Shown here: in pieces, positions 55,086-60,921 of the stretch | How the letters are laid out: every line of letters starts with the position of its first letter | Position numbering within the stretch: the stretch's first letter is position 1 | Source: Candidatus Limnocylindria bacterium | GTDB taxonomy: Bacteria > Chloroflexota > Limnocylindria > P2-11E | Direction: 5' to 3' | NCBI GenBank assembly: GCA_036003765.1 | Contig: DASYSC010000057.1 | Coordinates: 1-60,921, forward strand | Length of the DNA: 60,921 nt | Made by a program: the position numbers and the translations under genes | Notes under the pieces: generated by a model | What the model was told of the DNA's origin: nothing | The model's input: the letters and a program-made list of their open reading frames with translations, nothing else | Databases searched by the model: none

Positions 55086-55137
55086 CGCTCAACGCGGTGT
55101 CAACGGGGAGCGTGCGGCGGTCAACAGACGCTCAATA
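55086..55137 (-). promoter_or_regulatory. four helically phased GTTGA(G/C) direct repeats
   Basis: Minus-strand read: aTTGAGCGtctGTTGACCG-N13-GTTGACACcgcGTTGAGCG. Repeat starts are spaced 11, 21 and 11 nt. Lies between the kdpE-like stop and the KimA-C-like start. Confidence 0.35.
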
Positions 55138-55142
55138 CCGCG

Positions 55143-55865
55143 CTATAGCTCGTCCGAGCGAAAGCGATAACCGACCCCCGGCTCGGTCGTGAGGTATCGA
55201 GGAGTCTGTGGGTCGTCCTCGATCTTCCGGCGTAGCCGCGCGACGTACACATGCAGGTAGTGCGACTCATCCCCGTAATCGGGACCCCACACCTGCTGCA
55301 AGAGCATCCGATCGGTGAGGACCTTGTTCGCGTTCGTCAGGAAGACCTTTAGAAGGTCGTATTCGGTCGGCGTGAGATGCACCGGCAAGCCGGCCATGGT
55401 GACCTCACGACGCTCGAGATCGACGACGAGGTCGCCGCTCCGGATCCGCGGCTCGCTGCCGGCGCCGGGGCGCGCGACGTGACGAAGGGCCACGCGTATG
55501 CGCGCCAACAGCTCGTCGATGCCGAATGGCTTCGTCATGTAGTCGTCGGCGCCGAGGTCCAGCGCGTTCACCTTGTCGCGCTCGCCACCGCGCGCTGAGA
55601 GCACGATGATCGGCGTTCCGGAACGCTCGCGGATGCGGCGGACCACCTCGAACCCGTCCCCGTCGGGGAGATTCAGGTCGAGGACCACGAGGTCCGGCTG
55701 GCGCCGGTCGTAGCTCGCGATCGCGTCACCCGCCGTCTCCGCGGTCTCCACCTGGAAGCCGTGACCGCGAAGATTTGTCCGCAGCGTCCGGATCATCGAG
55801 GGCTCGTCGTCGACCACGAGGAGGCGCGCCCCGGATGGCTCGGCACGCACCTCGTTAACTGACAC
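55143..55865 (-). CDS. OmpR/PhoB-family response regulator (KdpE-like)
   Basis: LLVVDDE, LVVLDLNLPDGDG and MTKPF, plus winged helix LTPTEYDLLKVF...GVGYRF. GTG 55865 overlaps the kinase stop by 11 nt. Confidence 0.88.
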   Translation of the reverse strand: MSVNEVRAEPSGARLLVVDDEPSMIRTLRTNLRGHGFQVETAETAGDAIASYDRRQPDLVVLDLNLPDGDGFEVVRRIRERSGTPIIVLSARGGERDKVNALDLGADDYMTKPFGIDELLARIRVALRHVARPGAGSEPRIRSGDLVVDLERREVTMAGLPVHLTPTEYDLLKVFLTNANKVLTDRMLLQQVWGPDYGDESHYLHVYVARLRRKIEDDPQTPRYLTTEPGVGYRFRSDEL

Positions 55866-57390
55866 CGGCACGTCCCGGGAGCCTGAAGACGATGCGCGTG
55901 CCGTCGCCCACGGATCGATCGATCCAGATCGTCCCGGCATGCGCCTCGACGAGTCGTTTCGCGATCGCCAGTCCGAGGCCGACGCCGCGCGGCCCCTGGC
56001 CCGCGCGCGCCAGGCGGACGAACGGCTCGAAGATGCGGTCGCTCTCGCCCGCCGCGATGCCCGGACCGTGGTCGCGAACCTCGAAGCGGACATCGCCGTT
56101 TTCGCGTGCCACGCTGATCCCGATCTCGGATCCCGCCGGTGAGAATTTCGCCGCGTTTTCGACCAGATTCGAGAGGACCTGCTGGATCTCCACGTAGTCG
56201 AGCTCGACCGGCGGGAGATCCTCAGGCACGTCCACGCGGACCGGGTGGCCCGCGGTGACCGGGCGCATCCGTCCGGCGACGTCCTCGACGAGCGCGCCGA
56301 CATCGTGCCAGGCCTTGTGCGGCACGAGCGTCCCGTTCTCGATCCGCGACAGGTCCAGGAGGTTGCCGACGACGCGATCGAGGCGCACCGCTTCATCCTG
56401 GATCGCGCCGGCGAACTCATCGCGCTCGCGGTCGGTCCAGTCGACGTCCCGCTGCCGGAGACTTCCAGCTGAAGCGAGGATCGAGGCGAGCGGAGTGCGA
56501 AGCTCGTGCGAGACCGCGTGGAGCAGCTCGGTCTTCAGATCGTCGGCGCGACGGAGCACCTCGGCCTCGGTCGCCTCCTTGCGGAACCGCGCGCGCTCGA
56601 TCGTGAGACCCAGCTGCGCGGCCGCGATCGCCAGGAGCCGTTCATCCCCCGGCTCGAGCTCGGTCGCGCCCGCCCGTGGAAGCACTCGGAGTGTGCCGAT
56701 CCGTTCGTTCGCGGAAACGATCGGCACCACGCGAGTGCGCTTGTCGCGCGTGGCCCCACGCTTCTGGGTTCCGACGAGGCGTATCCGCCGCGATACGCCG
56801 TGTGGGTCGAGCAAGCGCAGCTCCGTGCCAGTCGCCCGGAGCGAGTCGCGAGCCGCATCATCGCGGGCCGCGAGCGCGGGATGGGGGAGGATCTCGGAGT
56901 CCGCCTCGATCGACACCGCGTCGAGATCGAGAGCCGAGCGGAAGTGCTCGGCGACCGCGACGAGAGCTCGCTCGAGGTCGGGCTCGGCCATGAAGAACGC
57001 CGCTTCGTAGAGGATCGTGGCATCGTGCTCGCGATGCTCGGCCTCCTGCGCGCGGGCTCTCTCCCGCGCCGCGAGTGTGCCCGTGACCACCGCGGTGATG
57101 AGAAACAGCGCGAGCGAGAAGAGCTCCTCCGCGTCCGCCACGACGAGTTGATGGGTCGGCGGGACGAAGAACCAGTCGAACGTGAGAAAGGCCAGGACGC
57201 TAGCCACGATCGCGGCAATCCGGCCGAAGGCCACCGCGACGACGAGCACGGCGACGAGATAGAGCATCGAGATATTCGCGATCTGTGCGCGTTCGACCAC
57301 GAGGCTGATGAGCGCGGTCGTGATCGCCACGGCGGTCGCGGCGGCGACGTACGGGATCAAACGTCGCATCAGCTGACGATTGTCCATCAC
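55855..57390 (-). CDS. KdpD-like sensor kinase lacking the N-terminal KdpD/Usp modules
   Basis: Starts directly with the DUF4118-type TM bundle (ANISMLYLVAVLVVAVAFG...FDWFFVPP). Then a GAF-like region, H-box LLHAVSHELRTPLASI, and N, G1 and G2 boxes. Confidence 0.82.
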   Translation of the reverse strand: MMDNRQLMRRLIPYVAAATAVAITTALISLVVERAQIANISMLYLVAVLVVAVAFGRIAAIVASVLAFLTFDWFFVPPTHQLVVADAEELFSLALFLITAVVTGTLAARERARAQEAEHREHDATILYEAAFFMAEPDLERALVAVAEHFRSALDLDAVSIEADSEILPHPALAARDDAARDSLRATGTELRLLDPHGVSRRIRLVGTQKRGATRDKRTRVVPIVSANERIGTLRVLPRAGATELEPGDERLLAIAAAQLGLTIERARFRKEATEAEVLRRADDLKTELLHAVSHELRTPLASILASAGSLRQRDVDWTDRERDEFAGAIQDEAVRLDRVVGNLLDLSRIENGTLVPHKAWHDVGALVEDVAGRMRPVTAGHPVRVDVPEDLPPVELDYVEIQQVLSNLVENAAKFSPAGSEIGISVARENGDVRFEVRDHGPGIAAGESDRIFEPFVRLARAGQGPRGVGLGLAIAKRLVEAHAGTIWIDRSVGDGTRIVFRLPGRAGVS

Positions 57391-58721
57391 TAGCCGGTGA
57401 TCGCCGCCTCAGTCACACCGGGCATCGCAAGACCCGCCGCGACGCTCGTGAACGCAGCCGCGTCCCGGGCGACCGCGTTCGGCAGTAGCTCGCGCATGAG
57501 CCCACGGAACGCCGGGATGGCGCTCGAGCCGCCGGTGTAGACGACCGCGGCGACGTCGGCCGCCACAAGGCCGGCGTCGTCCGTGACACGTCGCACGAGG
57601 GTCGCGGTCTCGTCGAGCAGCGGGTGGATGAGATGCTCGAAACGGCCGCGGGTCACGCGCGCGTCGACGTCCACCTCGGCGTGGTGGTAGGTGAGAAGCG
57701 CGGCGGCGACGGTCGAGAGCTCGATCTTGGTGGCGTCCGTCGTCTGGAATATCTCGTAGCCGAGCTGGAGCTCGATCGCGCTGCGGAGCGCGGCGAGCTC
57801 GCGCCGCGGAGCGCCTGCGCGGACGAGATCGTCAAGTGCGTCGAGGAGCGGCTTCTCGTTCAGCGCCGACAGCGCGTGCCAGTCGCGCAGCGCGTTGACG
57901 ATGTACCGGGGGAGCCGCAGGCGCTTCGGTCCCCACTCGGCGCGCGATCCGAGACGCGGGGCGACCGCGTCGTCGATGAGGAGCTCGGTCGCACGGTCGC
58001 CGCCGATCGGACCGCCGGCAGTCGCGAGCACCGCGAGGGCGCGATCGTTCCGCCGCACGACGCACAGGTCGAGGGTGCCGCCGCCGAAGTCGAACACGAG
58101 GCTCGTGCCGCTCTCGACGTCGGCTGCGTGTGCCGCGGCGATCGGTTCGAGCACGAAGCGGACGTCCCGAAAGCCAGCGAGCTCCGCGGCTGCTCGAAGG
58201 CGCCGCGTCGCGCGCTCCTCCGCGCCCTCACCGCCGATAAAGCGGACGGGCCGTCCGAGGGTGATCGATTCGGGCGCTTCATTCGTGAGCTCCTTCGCGC
58301 GGTTCCGCACCTGGACCAGGATGAGAGCGATCAACTCCTCGAGCCCCTTGGCGTTGCCGAACACGTTCGTCCGCGTCTCGAGCGGATCGCCCAGGAAGGT
58401 CTTGAGCGCCTGAAAGAGCCGGCCCGGGGCGTTCCGGTCGGTGTAGATGTGGGCTTCGACGATCGGATGATCGGGATTGGACGATTCCATGAGGATCCCG
58501 AGTGACTGGAACTCTCTTGTAAGGGGTCCGCGGGTTCGGTTGTCCTCCAGGTAGGCGTCGATGGCTGGCCGCCCCACGATCGGGCTTCCATCCCGCCGGA
58601 TGTACAGGACCGTCGGCATCGTCTCGCCGACCAGGGGGTCGATCGGCAGGACACGGGTCGACTCGCCGTCATTGACTGCGAGGGACGTATTGGAAGTGCC
58701 GAAATCAAGACCGAAGCGCAT
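57390..58721 (-). CDS. Hsp70-family ATPase (non-DnaK, YegD/HscC-like)
   Basis: MRFGLDFGTSNTSLAV, VFDFGGGTLDL and VVYTGGSSAIP actin-fold motifs. Its stop overlaps the kinase start by 1 nt. Confidence 0.82.
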   Translation of the reverse strand: MRFGLDFGTSNTSLAVNDGESTRVLPIDPLVGETMPTVLYIRRDGSPIVGRPAIDAYLEDNRTRGPLTREFQSLGILMESSNPDHPIVEAHIYTDRNAPGRLFQALKTFLGDPLETRTNVFGNAKGLEELIALILVQVRNRAKELTNEAPESITLGRPVRFIGGEGAEERATRRLRAAAELAGFRDVRFVLEPIAAAHAADVESGTSLVFDFGGGTLDLCVVRRNDRALAVLATAGGPIGGDRATELLIDDAVAPRLGSRAEWGPKRLRLPRYIVNALRDWHALSALNEKPLLDALDDLVRAGAPRRELAALRSAIELQLGYEIFQTTDATKIELSTVAAALLTYHHAEVDVDARVTRGRFEHLIHPLLDETATLVRRVTDDAGLVAADVAAVVYTGGSSAIPAFRGLMRELLPNAVARDAAAFTSVAAGLAMPGVTEAAITG

Positions 58722-58873
58722 GAGCCGAAGACACTAGCGGCCAGCCCGGGCGCCGAGGGCCCCCGCGCGGCGGAGGGACCCCCGGCCCATGGGGGCTGGG
58801 GAACCGCCGCGTAGAGAGGGTTTCGGCGCCCGGCTGGCTGCTCAGTGGCCGGTGCAGCAGCGGAGGAAGAACC

Positions 58874-58903
58874 TTGACAACGGCATTGATAGGCTTTTAG
58901 ATA
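58874..58903 (+). promoter_or_regulatory. sigma-70-like promoter for hspR, probably leaderless
   Basis: TTGACA (58874-58879), N18, TAGATA (58898-58903). One of the most AT-rich patches I noticed in the window. The GTG start at 58910 lies 7 nt after the -10 box with no SD. Confidence 0.45.
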
Positions 58904-58909
58904 TTCCTC

Positions 58910-59293
58910 GTGGCAAGCACGCGTCGACCCGTGTACGTCATCAGCATCGCTGCCAGTTTGGCGGGCTGCCATCCGCGGACCCTCCGCATCTACGAGGAAG
59001 AGGGCCTGCTCGATCCGGTACGGACGGACACCAACATCCGCCTGTACTCGGACGAAGACCTCGACCGGGTGCGGGCGATCCGGTACCTCACGCAGAACCG
59101 CGGGGTCAACCTCGCGGGCGTGAAGCTCCTCCTCCAGCTCCGCGACGCCGCGGATCTTCTGGAGGAGATCGCGAACGAGCTCGCGCGTGAGGACGCGGAG
59201 GCGGACGCCGAACAGGCCATCGAGATGGTGGCGCACGAGCCGACGAGTCGCAAGCCACGAAATCGCCAACGCCAGAAAGGCGTTGAGCTGTAG
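58910..59293 (+). CDS. hspR: MerR-family heat-shock regulator HspR
   Basis: VYVISIAASLAGCHPRTLRIYEEEGLLDPVRTDTNIRLYSDEDLDRVRAIRYL...GVNLAGV. Confidence 0.85.
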   Translation: MASTRRPVYVISIAASLAGCHPRTLRIYEEEGLLDPVRTDTNIRLYSDEDLDRVRAIRYLTQNRGVNLAGVKLLLQLRDAADLLEEIANELAREDAEADAEQAIEMVAHEPTSRKPRNRQRQKGVEL

Positions 59294-59305
59294 AGGAGGC
59301 GCTGT

Positions 59306-59758
59306 ATGACTCTCGCACGCTGGAACCCCATCTCCGACGTCGTCTCGCTCCGCGAGGCCATGGACCGTCTCTTCGAGGACAGCTTCATCCGTCCGACCGC
59401 ATGGACGGGTCTAGCGGCCGGCCAGCTTGCTGTGCCGGTGGACCTCTGGGAGACAAAGGACGCCTACCACCTCCGGGCCGACCTTCCGGGTCTCAAGCCT
59501 GAGGACATCGAGATCAATGCGACCAGCGACATGATCACCCTTAGCGGCGAGACGAAGACCAAGAGCGAAGTCAGCGACGAGGGCTGGATTCGCCAGGAGC
59601 GTCGTCACGGGAAATTCACCCGCAGCTTCGCTCTTCCGGTCCAGATCGACCCGAACAAGGTCGAGGCCAACTTCAATCACGGCGTTCTGGAGATGACGCT
59701 CCAGAAGGCCGAGAACGTGAAGCCACGCGCCATCAAGATCAACGCGACTGCCAAGTAG
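59306..59758 (+). CDS. Hsp20/alpha-crystallin small heat-shock protein
   Basis: VDLWETKDAYHLRADLPGLKPEDIEI...GKFTRSFALP...NHGVLEMTL. AGGAGG SD upstream. Confidence 0.93.
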   Translation: MTLARWNPISDVVSLREAMDRLFEDSFIRPTAWTGLAAGQLAVPVDLWETKDAYHLRADLPGLKPEDIEINATSDMITLSGETKTKSEVSDEGWIRQERRHGKFTRSFALPVQIDPNKVEANFNHGVLEMTLQKAENVKPRAIKINATAK

Positions 59759-59760
59759 GT

Positions 59761-59815
59761 GGTCAGTTCCTGCTTCGCAGTAACTGACCGTCCTGCTTCG
59801 CCCGGCTTCGCCGGG
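59761..59815 (+). terminator. two stem-loops after hsp20 (terminator or operator)
   Basis: GGTCAGTT-N13-AACTGACC (59761-59789) and CCCGG-cttcg-CCGGG (59801-59815). TCCTGCTTCGC is directly repeated. No T-tract. Confidence 0.4.
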
Positions 59816-59838
59816 ACGAACTAGAAGGAAGAGAAGAA

Positions 59839-60921
59839 GTGACCGACCCCGAGACGACGACCACGCAACCGAACCAGTTCCCCAGTGACCTGCCGCTCGT
59901 GCCGCTGCGCGAGGCGGTCGTATTCCCGAAGCTGGTGGTCCCGCTCGGGGTCGGTCGCGAGAAGAGCGTCGCCGCGATCAACGCGGCGATGGCCGAAGAG
60001 AAGCACTACATCATCCTCGCCGCGCAGCGCGACGCCGAGGTCGACGATGTGACGCCGGAGCAGATCTACGGCGTGGGGACCGTCGCCGAGATCGTCCGCC
60101 TCCTGCGGATCCCGGACGGGAGCGCCCAGATCATCGTCCAGGGCCTCCAGCGCGTCCGGATCACCGGGTACCAGCCGGAGCAGCGGTACTTCCGCGCGAC
60201 GTTCGAGCCGCTCCCCGAGGACCTGGGCAACGCCGTCGAGCGTGAGGCGCTCGTGCGGAGCGTCCGCGCGCTCTTCGAGAAGTACGTCGACAACGGCGGC
60301 TCGATCCTGCCCGAGGTCGCGATGACCGCGAAGAACACCGAAGACCCCTCGCACTTCGCCGACCTCGTCGCGTCGAGCCCGGACCTGACACTCGAGCAGC
60401 GTCAGCAGCTGCTCGAGACGCCGAGCGTGGTCGAGCGGCTGAAGTTCCTCTCGGTTTTCCTCGCCAAGCAGAACGAGATCCTCGAGCTCAAGGCGAAGAT
60501 CCAGAGCGAGGTGCAGCAGACCCTCGACAAGACCCAGCGCGAGTACATCCTCCGCGAGCAGATGAAGGCGATCCAGAAGGAGCTCGGCGAGGACGAGGGC
60601 GGTGCCGAGCTCAAGGAGCTCAAGGAGAAGATCGAGCAGGCCGGCATGCCCGACCCCGTCAAGGAGAAGGCGCTCAAGGAGATCGGTCGGCTCGAGAAGA
60701 TCCCGCAGGCCTCACCCGAGACCGGCGTCATCCGGACCTACGTGGACTGGCTCATCTCGCTGCCCTGGAACAAGGCGGCGAGCGACGACTGGGACATCGC
60801 GCAGGCGGCGGCGATCCTCGACGAGGACCACTACGGCCTGCCGAAGGTGAAGGACCGGATCATCGAGTACATGGCCGTGCGCAAGCTAAGCCAGAACTTG
60901 CGCGCGCCGATCCTCTGCTTC
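59839..60921 (+). CDS. lon: Lon protease, N-terminal 361 codons (runs off the right edge)
   Basis: My translation from GTG 59839: LPLVPLREAVVFPKLVVPLGVGREKS...KTQREYILREQMKAIQKELGE...DHYGLPKVKDRIIEYMAV. Absent from the track because there is no stop in the window. Confidence 0.95.
   Translation, partial: MTDPETTTTQPNQFPSDLPLVPLREAVVFPKLVVPLGVGREKSVAAINAAMAEEKHYIILAAQRDAEVDDVTPEQIYGVGTVAEIVRLLRIPDGSAQIIVQGLQRVRITGYQPEQRYFRATFEPLPEDLGNAVEREALVRSVRALFEKYVDNGGSILPEVAMTAKNTEDPSHFADLVASSPDLTLEQRQQLLETPSVVERLKFLSVFLAKQNEILELKAKIQSEVQQTLDKTQREYILREQMKAIQKELGEDEGGAELKELKEKIEQAGMPDPVKEKALKEIGRLEKIPQASPETGVIRTYVDWLISLPWNKAASDDWDIAQAAAILDEDHYGLPKVKDRIIEYMAVRKLSQNLRAPILCF

Noticed and set aside
58722-58909. 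HAIR operator (CTTGAGT-N7-ACTCAAG) for HspR
   Set aside because: No match. The closest pair, CTTGACA ... TGGCAAG, is 28 nt apart and imperfect.

Overview
Very GC-rich (by eye about two-thirds G+C), gene-dense bacterial chromosomal segment. I count about 70 protein genes and see no rRNA, tRNA, CRISPR array, transposase or integrase. The backbone is housekeeping: a complete F1Fo ATP synthase operon (atpZ/I-B-E-F-H-A-G-D-C, 18.1-25.0 kb), glyA-upp, tsaC-rpiB, prmC, rsmG, hpt, mreB, lon (cut by the right edge), tldD-pmbA and a cold-shock gene. Five blocks look accessory. (i) vapBC. (ii) A MntR/DtxR-type repressor divergent from a ZIP metal permease, with a TTAGG-rich palindromic operator between them. 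(iii) An mreB-coupled envelope-glycan operon (tagA, GT4, PHP, UPF0104 flippase-like, GT39-like, two paralogous polytopic GT-C-like proteins), followed by a DegS-like kinase / LuxR regulator / pseudokinase trio. (iv) A potassium island, my best candidate for an undescribed system: two tandem KimA-type K+ permeases, a Usp, two RCK/TrkA proteins, a free-standing copy of the KimA cytoplasmic C-domain, and an N-terminally truncated KdpD with KdpE, co-oriented with an Hsp70-like ATPase; no kdpFABC, trkH or ktrB is present in the window. (v) An hspR-hsp20-lon heat-shock cluster. Several sequence-level oddities recur. Four well-conserved genes have homologous N-termini upstream of any in-frame ATG/GTG/TTG and appear to start at ATC (tldD, mntR-like, DUF72) or CTG (upp). 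One lipoprotein gene has a start-proximal frame break. Families of G-run/C-run motifs sit at gene boundaries and sometimes supply protein tails. Start/stop overlaps of 4 nt (ATGA/GTGA/TTGA) are pervasive. Many long track ORFs are out-of-frame or antisense shadows typical of high-GC DNA and were discarded. The taxon cannot be determined from the sequence; a high-GC Gram-positive-like lineage (Actinomycetota/Chloroflexota-like) is only a guess.
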